This document shows positions 11,984-25,794 of a DNA stretch of 64,000 nt, piece by piece. The notes under the pieces are model-generated. The model saw only the letters and a list, made by a program, of their open reading frames with translations, was not told the DNA's origin and searched no databases. This DNA is from Mobula hypostoma (lineage: Eukaryota): the NCBI RefSeq assembly GCF_963921235.1, contig NC_086108.1, positions 33,544,001 through 33,608,000 on the forward strand. The letters are read 5' to 3'. The stretch's first letter is position 1, and every line of letters starts with the position of its first letter. The position numbers and the translations under genes are program-made.

Positions 11984-13020
11984 CCTGCAGGCAGTTACAA
12001 AGGTGCAAGAGATTGTCATCAGAGACTTTTTGTTTGCTGATGACTGCGCATTCAATGCCAGCACAGAGCAGGAGATGCAGCATGAAATGGACTGCTTCTC
12101 ACAAGCCTGCGACAACTTCGGTCTCACTATCAGCACCAAAAAGACAGAAATTATGTACCAGCCTGCCCCAGGAAAGCCATACCAGGAGCCGTGCATCACG
12201 GTGAAGGGCCAGAACCTCCAGGCAGTCGACAACTTCACCTACCTGGGCAGCATACTCTCTCGCGCAGTGAACATAGACGCTGAGGTCAACAACAGGATTG
12301 CCAAAGCCAGCGCCGCCTTTGGGAGACTCCGTGAGAACGTCTGGGAGCAGAGAGGACTCAGCCTTACCACCAAGCTGAAGGTCTACTGTGCAGTGGTCCT
12401 TACCACCCTCCTTTACGCCAGCGAGACCTGGACTGTCTACAGCAGACACGCCAAACAGCTCAACCACTTTCACCTGAGCTGTCTCCGCAGACTCCTCCAC
12501 ATCAGGTGGCAGGACAAAGTCCCCGACACGGAAATCCTGGAACGAGCTGGGCTCTGCAGCATCTACACCCTCCTGCTGAAAGCCCAAGCCAGGTGGGCTG
12601 GAAATGTGGTCAGAATGCCAGACAGCCGATTGCCTAAGCAGCTGCTGTACAGAGAACTGTGTCAGGGCAAGCGCTCAGTCGGGGGGCAGAAGAAACGTTA
12701 CAGAATCTGCCTCAAAGCGTCCCTCAAAGGCCTGGGTGTTGACATCAACACATGGGAGACGCTTGCCCTCGACCGTCCAGCTTGGCGCAGCAAGTTCACC
12801 ACAGGAGCCCGTGCAGCTGAAGTCAGGCGCATCATCGAGGCGCAATGAAAGCGTGCTGTGCGCAAGGCCCGAGCAGCATCCACTGCCATGACAGCACCCA
12901 CCCACTTGTGTCCCACATGTGGGCCAGCCTTCAGGGCCCGGATTGGCCTCATCAGTCACAGCCACCAATCTCCCATTTGACTTTGGAGCCATGGTCATCT
13001 TCAACTACGAAGGACGAACA
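11984..13020 (+). mobile_element. RTE-clade LINE, 3' part
   Basis: ORF 12003..12848 with FLFADDC, FTYLGS, LLYASETW, RWAGNVVRM and RLPKQLLY. C-terminal CPTC remnant. GC-rich relative to flanks. Confidence 0.9.
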
Positions 13021-13426
13021 CCTTTTTCCATCTCATTTTTCATCAGATGCAATTGTCATTTTTCTTGATTGTTGTAACCTGTAATATGTTTAAACTGTTC
13101 CATCTCCAGCTTGTACCTCTGTAATTACCACCCACCAAGTAACAGATATTTTTATGGCTACAACTCCATTGATTATGCTAATTATCTTAAATCAATTAAA
13201 TCAGCCAGATAGAAAACAGAATCCAAAAGCTTCTCACTTTTTATGACTTCCATTCAGGACACTGGTCAAAACAAAGGTTTAGAATGACTAAAATATTGTT
13301 CTACATGTAATTAAGTATCTGCACAATCTTTAAATAACTTTTAAAACAGAACTTCCATTGTGTGGATTGAGATTTGATATCACCCTTTATACGTTAACAC
13401 AATGGCTTTCTGATCACATAGATAAG

Positions 13427-14036
13427 GAACCTACGCTCTATCTGCCAGAGAAAGAAGAATCTCCCAGTGGCCACACATTTTAATTCCACGTCCCATTCCC
13501 ATTCTGATATATCTATCCACGGCCACCTCTACTGGAAAGATGAAGCCACACTCAGGTTGGAGGAACACCACCTTATATTCCGCCTGGGTAGCCTCCAACC
13601 TGATGGCATGAACATTGACTTCTCAAACTTCTGCTAATGCCCCACCTCCCCCTCGTACCCCATCCGTTATTTATTTATTTATATACACACTTTCTTTTTC
13701 TCTCTCTCCTTTTTCTCCCTCTGTCCCTCTCACTATACTCCTTGCCCATCCTCTGGGCTTCCCTCTCCCGCTTTTCTTTCTCCCTAGGCCTCCTGTCCCA
13801 TGATCCTCTCATATCCCTTTTGCCAATCAGCTGTCCAGCTCTTGGCTCCAGCTCTCCCCCTCCTGTCTTCTCCTACCATTTCAGATCTCCCCCTCCCCCT
13901 CCCACTTTGAAATCTCTTACTAGCTCTTCTTTCAGTTAGTCCTGACGAAGGGTCTCGGCCTGAAACGTCGACTGTACCTCTTCCTAGATATGCTGCCTGG
14001 CCTGCTGCATTCACCAGCAACTCTTATGTGTGTTGC
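13427..14036 (+). mobile_element. Penelope-like 3' fragment (end of GIY-YIG and pseudo-LTR)
   Basis: Closely similar to 10545-11125. Confidence 0.88.
13938..13973 (+). ncRNA. Minimal hammerhead ribozyme
   Basis: AGTC CTGACGA a GGGT ctcg GCCT GAAAC GTC GACT. Confidence 0.75.
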
Positions 14037-14215
14037 TATAATTGGGACAGCTCATGAACAAAAGCTATTCGAGAAAATAGCCTGGATCTTCTTTGTTTAT
14101 TTGGGACACCATGCTCCTTAATTGGGACAGGAGACCATTGTCAAACAGTTTCTGACTAGTGTCAGTCACATGCATTTGTAGGCCTTTAGACACTACACCA
14201 TGCTTAGAGTGGACA

Positions 14216-15350
14216 GCTATTGGCTTACACCTATCTGGATGAGCAAGGCAGCACTGTGAGAATCCTGTACTTTGATTTCTCCAGTGCTTTTAACACCATA
14301 CGACCTGCCTCACTAGGGAGTAAACTCATGGAGATGCAGGTGGATGCTCCACTGGTGTCCGGGATTAGAGAGTACCTGTCCAGATGGCCACAGAATGTGA
14401 GATTGCAGAGCTGTGTATCAGATACAGTGGTTAGCAGCACAGGGGAACGTCAGGGGACTGTCCTGACCCCCTTCCTGTTCACTGTCTACACCTTAGACTT
14501 CAGTTACAATTCATAGTCCTGCCACATGCAGAAGTTCTTGAATGATTCGGCAGTTGTGGGCTGTACCAGCCGGGGTCAGGAGGCTGGGTACAGAAGAGCA
14601 GTGGGCATCTTTGTTGAGTGCTGTGGGCTGAATCACCTGCAGCTCAACACCACTACGACAAAGGAGCTGATGGTGGACTTCAGGAAGGTGAAAACACCTG
14701 CATTCCCATCTCCATCAAGGGAATGGATGTGGAAGTCGTACGGGACTACAAGTACCTGGGAACTCACCTGGACAATAAACTAGACTGGACTAAAAATACA
14801 GGGGCTCTGCACAAGAAGGGACAGAGCCGACTGTACTTTCTGAAGAGGTTCCAGTCATTCAACGTCTGCAGTACTGTGCTACAGGTGTTCTATGACTCAG
14901 TGGTTGGTCAGTATTCTATTCTACACTGTAGTCTGCAAGGGCAGCAGGGTGAGAGCCAAGAAGGCTACTTGTATTTCAAAGGATCCCACTCATCCTGGAC
15001 ATCACCTGTTTTCCCCTCTACCTTCTGGGAAGAGATACAGAGCATTAAGGACGAAAACAAAGAGACTCCTTAACAGCTTCTACCCACAAGCAGTGAAATG
15101 TATAACACCCCCTTCCCTTCTCCTGCCCCCCTCCTAAGACGGCGGCAGCTAAATGCATCACACTTCCAGGAATGGCAGGTGTGCAATAGTCCTACCCCCC
15201 AATCCATTTATTATTAATTTTGGACTGCACTCCTGAGGCTTTAGAGTTTATTTTATGTATATATTCTTTGTCATGCTGCAAAACGTTGAGCTGCTAAACT
15301 GTGTTTCATTGCTCCACAACAATGACAATAAAGATATTCTATTCTATTCT
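14216..15350 (+). mobile_element. Rex1/Babar LINE, 3' part
   Basis: VRILYFDFSSAFNTI, QGTVLTPFLF and YKYLGTHLDNKLDW. AATAAAG followed by an (ATTCT)n tail. Confidence 0.88.
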
Positions 15351-15577
15351 AGTCTAAGATTGATAAGCTTGCCAGGAAGGCTGGTTCTGTTCTGGGGGTG
15401 GAACTGGATTCCCTGGTGGTTGTGTCTGAGAGGAGGATGCTGCAGAAACTACAGAGCATTATGGACAATCCCTCTCACCCAGGGGTGCAGTGCTAGCTGG
15501 AGTGCACCAGAGCGCGTCCGGCACATCTTTAAGAAAAAAAGCTGAAATAAACAAGCTAATTAATTAGGTGCTGCCCA

Positions 15578-15760
15578 GGGTGATTTGAGTATCTCAGAAA
15601 CTGCTGATCTCCTGAGATTTTTACACACAACAGACTCTGGAGTTTATAAAGAATGGTGCCAAAAACGAAAAAGCATCCAGTGAGTGGATTTAACAAGATG
15701 TTCTCGCTCACAGAACAACCACTCGCTGGATGGTTTTGGCACCATTCTTTGTAAACTCTT
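15578..15760. mobile_element. Tc1-like transposase remnant forming an inverted repeat
   Basis: Encodes LSISETADLL (Tc1-type HTH). About 15640-15687 is reverse-complementary to about 15719-15758. Confidence 0.6.
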
Positions 15761-16454
15761 TGTATATGGTTTCATGGCACATCTGTATTTTGCACTATTA
15801 CTTTTTAATGCACATTTTGTGTGTTTTTGTACCTCAATGCTTAAATTTTGTATTTTGAAGTAGATTTCTGACTGAGCAATCTTGCACCAATAATTTCCTC
15901 CAGGATAAATACAGTTCTATCTTATCTTATTAAATAGCATTGATTGTATGCACGTTCAAAACACAGTGATTTTTGTTGCTGATAGTTGGTGAGAAATAAA
16001 CAGTAAGACAATTCAGAAATGTTTTGCTCTCCGCAGTTTCAAGCATTTAGGCTTGGAGATATGAAAAAAGGCTGGGAGTGAAAATGAAACTATTTCACTA
16101 CTTCAGCAAGTTAGGAACTACAAAGAATTTGAAGGTATTGACAAGAAGTTACTTCTCCCATATTGAACTTTTTACTGTTGGACTTCGGCCACATTCCACT
16201 GTGATACAACACTTGGCGGCACGGGAGGTCGTTACTGCCTGTGGCCATCGAACGTGCAGCTCCTCCCATGGAGGGTCAGACACCCTGAGCCAATAGACTG
16301 GTCCTGGACTTATTTTCCATCTGGCATAGTTTGAAATTTGGTGTTTGAATGTCGGGGTTTTTTGTATTGCTATATTTACGCTCTATTCTTGGTTGATGCA
16401 GCTGTAACGAAACCAAATTTCCCTTGGGATTAATATAGTATATCTATTTATCTA

Positions 16455-17537
16455 TCCTTTGCAATGGGATCCTTGACTTCATAACCGGAAGACAACAATC
16501 TGTGCTGATTGGTGATCACATATCCTTTTCGCTGACGATCAACACTGGCGCACCACAGAAGTGTGTGCTTAGCCCACTGCTCTACTCTCTGTATACACAT
16601 GACTGTGTGGCTAGGTATAGCTCAAATACCATCTATAAATTTGCTGATGATACAACCATTGTTCGTAGAATCTCAGGTGGTGACGAGAAGGCATACATGA
16701 GTGAGATATGCCAACTAGTGGAGTGGTGCCACAGCAACAACCTGGCACTCAACGTCAGTAAGATAAAAGAGCTGATTGTGGACTTTAGGAAGGGCAAGAT
16801 GAAGGAACACATACCAATCCTCATAGAGGGATCAGAAGTGGAGAGAGTGAGCAGTTTCAAGTTCCTGGGTGTCAAGATCTCTGAGGATCTAACCTGGTCC
16901 CAACGTATCGATGTGTAGTTATAAAGAAGGCAAGACAGTGGCTATACTTCATTACGAGTTTGAAGAGATTTGGCATGTCAACAAATACACTCAAAAACTT
17001 CTATAGTTGTACTATGGAGAGCATTCAGACAGGCTGCATCACTGTCTGGTATGGAGGGGCTACTGCACAGGACTGAAATAAGCTGCAGAGGGTTGTAAGT
17101 TTAGTCATCGGCTCAATCTTGGGTACTAGCCTACAAACTACCCAGGACATCTTCAAGGAGCGGTGTGTCAGAAAGGCAGTGTCCATTATTAAGGACCTCA
17201 AGCACCCAGGGCATGCCCTTTTCTCACTGTTACCACCAGGTAGGAGGTACAGAAGCCTGAAGACACACACTCAGCGATTCAGGAACAGCTTCTTCCCCTC
17301 TGCCATCCAATTCCTAAATGGAGATTGTATTTTTTGAATATACAGTATTTCTGTTTTTTGCACATTTTTAAATCTAGTCAATATACATATACTTGTTTAT
17401 TTATTTATTTACTTATTTATTATTTTCATTTTATTTATTTGTTTTTCTTCTAAATTATGTATTGCATTGAACTGCTGCTGCTAAGTTAACAAATTTCACA
17501 TCACATGCTGGTGATAATAAACCTGATTCTGATTCTG
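16455..17537 (+). mobile_element. Rex1/Babar-type LINE, 3' part
   Basis: [33 protein letters not shown]. Tail AATAAACCTGATTCTGATTCTG. Confidence 0.88.
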
Positions 17538-17612
17538 GTTGAACTTGAATGTTACACTTATAATGAAGATTTGGAGGATGCAACATTTTCTAGCTGGCAT
17601 CATTTGTGTGCA

Positions 17613-18552
17613 ACACACATAAAAGTTGCTGGTGAACGCAGCAGGCCAGGCAGCATCTCTAGGAAGAGGTGCAGTCGACGTTTCAGGCCGAGACCCTTTG
17701 TCAGGACTAACTGAAGGAAGAGTGATTAAGGGATTTGAAAGTTGGAGGGGGAGGGGGAGATCCAAAGTGATAGGAGAAGACAGAAGGGGGAGGGATGGAG
17801 CCAAGAGCTGGACAGGTGATAGGCAAAAGGGATACGAGAGGATCATGGGACAGGAGGTCCGGGAAGAAAGACAGGGGGGCGAGACCCAACGCAGACTGGG
17901 AGACCTCTTTGCTGAACACCTATGCTCTGTCTGCCAGAGAAAGCAGGATCTCCCAGTGGCCATACATTTTAATTCCACATCCCATTCCCATTCTGACATG
18001 TCTATCCACGGCCTCCTCTACTGTAAAGATGAAGCCACACTCAGGTTGGAGGAACAACACCTTATATTCTGTCTGGGTAGCCTCCAACCTGATGGCATGA
18101 ACATCGACTTCTCTAACTTCCGCTAATGCCCCACCTCCCCCTCGTACCCCATCTGTTACTTATTTTTATACACATTCTTTCTCTAACTCTCCTTTTTCTC
18201 CCTCTGTCCCTCTGAATATATCCCTTGCCCATCCTCTGGGTCCCCCCCAACCCCCGTCTTTCTTCCTGGACCTCCTGTCCCATGATCCTCTCGTATTCCT
18301 TTTGCCTATCACCTGTCCAGCTCTTGGCTCCATCCCTCCCCCTCCTGTCTTCTCCTATCACTTTGGATCTCCCCCTCCCCCTCCAACTTTCAAATCCCTT
18401 AATCACTCTTCCTTCAGTTAGTCCTGACGAAGGGTCTCGGCCTGAAACGTCGACTGTACCTCTTCCTAGAGATGCTGCCTGGCCTGCTGCATTCACCAGC
18501 AACTTTTATGTGTGTTGCTTGAATTTCCAGCATCTGCAGAATTCCTGTTGTT
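17613..18552. mobile_element. Penelope-like palindromic insertion
   Basis: Minus pseudo-LTR arm 17613-~17878, then plus GIY-YIG remnant and pseudo-LTR. TSD ATCATTTGTGTGCA at 17599-17612 and 18553-18566. Confidence 0.9.
18420..18455 (+). ncRNA. Minimal hammerhead ribozyme
   Basis: AGTC CTGACGA a GGGT ctcg GCCT GAAAC GTC GACT. Confidence 0.75.
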
Positions 18553-21500
18553 ATCATTTGTGTGCACTTTTACACATTACTCTGTGCTCAGAGCGAACAA
18601 TTTTTAAATAGCATCAGTTGCTTATGCTTGTGCAATGTTATTCATTTAGGCCGACCGATGCTGAATTAAAAAGCAGTGATTTTTGACACTACTTCATTCA
18701 GGAAGGCAATGAAGGCAGTCCATTACTTGCACTGGATGTCTGTGCTGATTTTGTTCATTTACAATCAATCAAAACAACATAGTAGCGTACACTGGATCAA
18801 TTCCTCTGTCTATAACTATTAGGAACTAATACACAATTTTATAGTACTGCAGCAAAATTGATAGTTCTCTAATTTGTTCTATATTTAATTTAAATACATA
18901 ATTTGTTACTCAGTTAAATGTTAGTTTGCCTTTTTAAACTATTTGCATGAAACATCACCCAATTATGACAGCTGCTTAATTAGGCGAAAATGTACTAGTC
19001 CCAACGTGTCTCAATTAACTGGAATCCACTGTATATAAAATCACAATCATGGTTTGAAACAGGTTGCCTGTGAAACTGTCAGGCCTCCATGGTCACAATT
19101 TGATCATATCCACAGCACCCAGCATTTGGTTTCTAGTTCTCCTTGAGTCAACAAACAGGTTGCATTTCAGTTTTTCAATTTCGCAACAGTAGCTGCATAA
19201 ATAATGAACTTAAACATGTCCACGATGGTGATTGTTGCAGATTTTTTATTTATGTCATGATGAGGTAGCTACGTTCACAGCTATTTATATAAGGCTCTAA
19301 ACCTGTAAATTTCACGCAGGACATATCAGTAATTATTCTGAGTTGTTTAGATTAACAATGCTCTGCAAGATACTTAGATACTTTGGAAGATACATATTAT
19401 ATACCTGAATTATTTTATGAGTATTTCTTGCAATGCATCTCAACAGGTTGGTCAGTCGATTTGAAATCACTTAAATACTTTTTTTCCCCATTTCTGCTGA
19501 ATAGGAAACTGTGCGGATATATTTTAATCATAAGTTGCAAAATTTCTCAGAGTATTAATATGAAAGTATACTGCAGTCAATTCTTGTTAGCCCGAAGTTA
19601 GTAGGTTATTTTAAAATTACATCAGGCAATTATTTAAATTTCCTGCAAATACCTGTTAAGATCAGGGCTCACAGCTTGCAGGCATAATTGGAATGAAGAG
19701 AAATTAATGTATTATTTTAACAGATTAATTACATGGTCATAGAATCATAGAAAAGTACAGCTCATAAACAGGCTGTTCGGCCCATCTAGTCCGTGACAAG
19801 TCATTTAAACTGCCTATTCCAATCGACCTGCACTCCATAACCCCTACCTTCCATGTACCTATCCAAACTTCTTTTAAGCATTGAAATCGAGAGCAGCTTG
19901 TTCGACATTCTCAAATCCCTCTAAGGGAAGAAGTTTCCCCTCATGTTCCCTTTAAACTTTTCACCTTTGTGTGACTTTAAAGAGAGTGCTGGAATAAAAT
20001 GTATTCAGTTTAAAAGTCTGGAAACAGGGTTCCAAAATGAGTTAAAAAGAATTATGGGAACAGGACCCTGGTGAGGTTAAAGGGAGCATTGTAATGATCT
20101 GGATTTCAAAACAATTGGATAGTGAATTATCAGCGCTTTTTTAAAAATACAGAATTGATCACGAAATAACAGGGAAATGGAAGAAAGCTACCAGGACTAA
20201 CAAAAGATGCAATTCATTTAAGAGGATTAAGTAACACAAGAGCTTAGAGTAGAGGAGCTGTTAGAGAAACAAGCAACTGAGATAAACAAAACTATAAAGT
20301 TAAGATAAAAAGGTCAAAATGGAAGGTGCTATATGAGTAGGAATGTTGATTACTACTGCCACAAAGTAATCAAATATCACAGCATACTGTATGTCAGTGA
20401 TAATAAACCTGATGCTGATTTTTCTCCAATTCGTCTTTTTTCTGGAGCAGGATGGAATGAGTCGCAAAGAACTCATAAATACAGTATGTCCTTAATACGG
20501 AACAGATTGTTGGTGTAGATGCAGTTTGGGTCACCTGACTCCAGGTTTTGGTCTGAATAATTAAGATGACTTACTTCATCGAATTACTATTCTTAAGCTT
20601 TTTAAAGTACTACTACGGGTATTCTATCACCTCTTTCTCCAGCAATGGAGTATTCTGAATAATAAATCAAGTTAAAGGTCTTTGTCCACGTAGCTGAGAA
20701 ATTATAGCCGATAAATTAGGTAAGAGACAGAATCAAGTTCACAGGAAGACCACAGAAAGAGGCCTAGGGGACTATAAAATTCAGAGGGTTATAAAGAAAG
20801 TGATTAATGGGAATAGAAGAAAAAGCCTTGCAAGAAATACCAAATCTAACAGCAAAAACTTATATAGATACAAAAGATTGATGACAATAAGGAAAGAGCA
20901 GGTTTTCATAGTGGAAGAAGGTAAACAAAGGGCTTTCTGCAGAGGTTTTTTGAAAAGTTCAGCATTCATGGCCTAGCGTTCAAGGTCCTCACTCATTGTC
21001 GTCAGTGAGTCCTGGGGTTGTAATCGAAGATCGAAACCCAAAGGTCATTTGGAAGTCCGTAAGTCATAACTAAATGGCCTGAGCCAAACCCACTAGAGAT
21101 GTCGAAGCATAATATCTGCGTGGCCACTGGATGCAGGAGTCTCGAAATGGCCTGTCCTGAGATTGGAGGTCTGTGTGTTTGCAGATGGGAGGGAGAAATG
21201 GGGTTTGTTTTGCTGTTGTTTTGTTGCTTATGGCATTGTTTTATTGTGTTCTGTCTGGTCCTGCCAAGCATTGTGAGGCAGCTTGCACTCCTTCCCCTAC
21301 CCTAGTATCTTATTCTGGCTTTCCCCTTCCTTTCCAGTCCAGAAGGGTCTTGGCCCAAAATGCCTACTGTTTATTCATTTCCATAAATGCTGCCTTACCC
21401 GCTGAGTTCCTGCAGCATTTTGTGTGCGTTGTTTTAGATTTCCAGCAACCGCAGAATTTCTCGTCTTTATGGTACACTATGTTGGTGCAAGAATGTGTGG

Positions 21501-22564
21501 TGACTGTGCAGATTTCCTTCAGCACAGCCTCAGGTTGTGTTATTTGCTAATGCAAACAACATATTTCACCGCATGTTTTGATGTACATCTGATTAATAAA
21601 ATAATCTGAATCTAAAGGACTTTCAAAAGTTTTTAAATAACATTACACATCAGCCATTATTAGAAGTAAAAAAACAGGTAAGCTCAGGGCACAGAGATTA
21701 GCTGATAAACAGGCACCAGTGAATATGAAGGGAAAACTCTATAATTTGTGTTATGTCCATGACGTGTACCAGGGTAACAAATGTTTAATATATACTGTCA
21801 ACAGATCTTTGTACCTGTAAATCCTCATTTACAGACGGCTCTAACTTAGGATGTTAAGCTTTGTACATAACAGCAGGGAGCTGCAAAAAGCACATTGATT
21901 AAATAAAAGCAGCAGCAAAGGTTTAGTTGAATATGAGATCCTCTATTCAAGTCCTGAAGAGTCAAATTATCCTTTTTTCCTCATGCATTACATCCCTGGA
22001 AGGGGCAATATATCTGTATACACAAACCTTTAAAGTTAATGCTGAATTTCAAAGGGATAATTGAATGTTGACTTCAAGGGAGATTGGAATTCCAAAGAAA
22101 AGGGGGGATGCTTCTTCTGTACAATGTCCTTTACTAGATCCACATGGAATACTGCATTTAGCTTTGGGCATCAAACCTCAGGAAATACTTTAGATATAAA
22201 GACTCTTCAACTGACTAAATTTCTGCTTTTGAAGAGAGGCAATGTCAAAAATGATCCCGTTGATGATCCTAGCTTTCTTGCAATGGTTTTGACCACTTTG
22301 TTTTCAATGTGATCTGGTTTACAGAGTTGAGAAACTTACAGGTTCACGTAAAACATTTTCAAGGATAAGAAAATCAGTGAGATCAGATTATGGGACACGA
22401 GATCATCTCTTTTTTTATTATTAGATCATCTGATTAACCCAGAATAATGTTTTAAAATTGATTTTGTTTATACACCAGGACAGTTAAAAACAACTTTCAG
22501 TTTTAATTCAATGGGAATGAATAAACTAGCTTTTACGTACCAATATTGCCTTTCAGTTCTTTGT

Positions 22565-23596
22565 ATGGTCAGAATACGCATTCAGTTCCTCTGCCATCTC
22601 TGCGCATCACATCACAATATCTCCAGTGTCATTTTCTATTCGTCCTAAATCTATTCTCGACTCTCTTTTACTCTTTATATACTTAAAAAAACTTTTAGTA
22701 CCTACTTTGATATTAGTCGTCAGTTTCCTTTCATAATTCATCTTTTCCTTCCTATTTTCCTTCTGCAAGTTTTTAAAAGCTTCTCAACCCTCTATCTTTC
22801 CACTAGCTTTGGCTTCCTTGTATGCCCTCTCTTTTGCTTTTACTTTGGCTCTGACTTCACTTGTCAGCCACGGTAGTGTCCTTCTTCCATTTGAAAATTT
22901 CTTCTTATTTGGAATATAACTGTCTTGCACTTCCCTCATTTTTCGCAGAAACACCAGCCATTGCTGCTCTGCTCTCCTTTCTGCTAGTGTCCCTTTCCAG
23001 TCAACCTTGGCCAGTTCACCTCTCATGCCATTGTAATTTCCTTTATTCCACTGAAATCCTTCTTAAATTTCAAAGTAAATTCGATCATATTGTGATCACT
23101 GCTCCTTAAGGGTTCCTTAACTTTAAGCTCTCTTAGCACCTCCAGATTATTGCACAACACCCAATCCAGCACAGCTGATCCCCTAGTGGGCTCAACAACA
23201 AACTGTTCCAAAATGCCATCCCTTACACATTCTACAAATTCTCTCTTGAGATCCAGTATTGGCCTGGTTTTCCCAATCCACTTTCATGTTAAAATCCCCA
23301 ATGATTATTGTGACAGTGACCTCCCGACACGCCTTTTCTATCTCCTGCTGTAATTTGTATATACAAATCCCGGGTGCTGTTTGGAGGCCTGTATGCAGTT
23401 GCCGTAGAGTCCTTTTACCCTTGCCATTTCTTAACTCAACCCATAGAGACTCCACACCTTCTGATCCTATGTCATCCCTTCCTAATGATTTAATATTATT
23501 TCTTATACACAGGGCCACACCACCCCTTCTGCCTACTAACCTATCTTTCTGATACACCGTATATCCTTGGACATTCAGCTCCCAATGGCAGCCATC
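22565..23596 (-). mobile_element. CR1 LINE fragment (endonuclease region)
   Basis: GRRGGVAL, LWVEL, IGDFN, EPTR and SSDHN motifs across frameshifts. Confidence 0.85.
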
Positions 23597-25760
23597 CATA
23601 GAACCATAGAACATTACAACACAGAAACAGGCCTTTTGGCCTGTCTTGGCTGTGCTGAACCATTTTTCTGCCTAGTCCCACTGACCTGCACCTGGACCAT
23701 ATCCCTCCATACACCTCTCATCCATGTACCTGTCCAAGTTTTCCTTAAATGTTAAGTGAGCCTGCATTTACCACTTCATCTGGCAGCTCATTCCACACCC
23801 CACTACTCTCTGTGTGAAGAAGCCCCCCCCCCCAATGTTCCCTTTAAACTTTTCCCCCTTCACCCTTAACCCATGTTCTCTGGTTTTTTTCTCCCCTTGC
23901 CTCAGTGGAAAAAGTCTGCTTACATTCACTCTATCTATACCCATCATAATTTTATACACCTCTATTCAATCTCCCCTCATTCTTCTACGCTCCAGGGAAT
24001 AAAGTCCTAACCTATTCAACCTTTCTCTGTACTGTAACTGAGTTTCTCAAGTCCCGGCAACATCCTTGTAAACCTTCTCTGCACTCTTTCAACTTTATTA
24101 ATATCCTTCCTGTAATTTGGAGACCAAAACTGCACACAATACTCCAAATTCGGCTTCACCAATGCCTTATACAACCTCACCATAACATTCCAACTCTTAA
24201 GCTCAATACTTTGATTTATAAAGGCCAATGTACCAAAAGCTCTCTTTACGACCCTATCTACCTGTGACACCACTTTTAGGGAATTTTGTATCTGTATTCC
24301 CAGATCCCTCTGTTTTACTGCACTCCTCAGTGCCTTACCATTGACCCTGTATGTTCTACCTTGGTTTGTCCTTCCAAAGTGTAATACCTCACACTTGTCT
24401 GTATTAAACTCCATCTGCCATTTTTCCAGCTGGTCCAAATCCCTCTGCAGGCTTTGAAAACCTTCCTCACTGTCCACTACACCTCCAATCTTTGTATCAT
24501 CAGCAAATTTGCTGATCCAACTTACCACATTATCATCCAGATCATTGATATAGATGACAAATAACAATGGACCCAGCACTGATCCCTGTGATACACCACT
24601 AGTCACAGGCCTCCACTCAGAGAAACAATTCTCCACTACCAATCTCTGGCTTCTTCCATTGAGCCAATGTTTAATACAATTTACTACCTCTCCATGTATA
24701 CCTAGCGACTGAATCTTCCTAACTAACCTCCCATGCGGGACCTTGTCAAAGGCCTTACTGAAGTCCATGTAGACAACACCAGTTGTCTTTCCTTCATCCA
24801 CTTTCCTGGTAATCTCCTTGAAAAACTCTAATAGATTTGTTAAACATAACCTACCATGCACAAAGCCATGTTGACTCTCCCTAATAAGTCCCTGTCTATC
24901 AAAATACTTGTAGATCCTATCTCTTAGTACTCCTTCCAATAAATTACCTACTACCGATGTCAAATTTACCAGCCTATAATTTCCCGGATTACTTTTAGAG
25001 CCTTTTTTAAACAATGGAACAACATGAGCTATCCTCCAAACCTCCGGCACCTCACCCGTAGATACCGACATTTTAAATATATCTGCCAGGGCCCCTGCAA
25101 TTTCAACATTAGTCTCCTTCAAGGTCCGAGGGAATACCCTGTCAGGTCCTGGGGATTTATCTACTCTGATTTGCCTCAAGATAGCAAGCACCTCCTCCTC
25201 TTCAATCTGTATAGGTTCCATGACCTCACTACTTGTTTGCCTTATTTCCATAGACTCCATGCCAGTTTCCTCAGTAAATACAGACACACAAAAAAAATTT
25301 AAGATCTCCCTTATTTCTTTTGGTTCCATACATAGCCAACCACTCTAATCTTCAAGAGGGCCAGTTTTATCCCTTACTATCCTTTTGCTCTTAATATACC
25401 TGTAGAAGCTCTTTGGATTATCCTTCACCTTGACTGCCAAAGCAACCTTATGTCTTCTTTTAGCCCTCCTGATTTCTTTCTTAAGTTTTTTTTTGCACTT
25501 TTTATACTCCTCAAGCACCTTTATTTGCTCCCTGTTCCCTATACATGTCACACATCTCTCTTTTCTTCTTTATCAGAGTTCCAATATCCCGTGAGAACCA
25601 AGGTTCCTTGCTCTTGTTCACTTTGCCTTTAATCCTGACAGGAACATACAAACTCTGCACTCTCAAAATTTCTCCTTTGAAGGCCTCCCACTTACCGATC
25701 ACATCCTTGCCAGAGAACAACCCGTCTCAATCCACGCTTTTTAGATCCTTTTTCATTTCT
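23597..25760 (-). mobile_element. CR1 LINE (RT and tail), second subfamily, abutting the previous CR1
   Basis: ORF 24016..25329 with KSPGPD, QHGF and KFADD. TCTATGGT tail at about 23597-23612. Confidence 0.92.
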
Positions 25761-25794
25761 TTAGACAAGTTTCAGAGATGGCCACAACGAATGA

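Larger units (their letters stand above)
14037..19032. mobile_element. Tigger/pogo-like non-autonomous DNA element, split by later insertions (pieces at about 14037-14215, 15930-16145, 17540-17600, 18566-19032)
   Basis: The first three pieces are collinear with the reverse complement of 30495-30965 and 39427-39797. The last ends AATTAACTGGAATCCACTG-TA, like the end at 39797. Confidence 0.6.
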
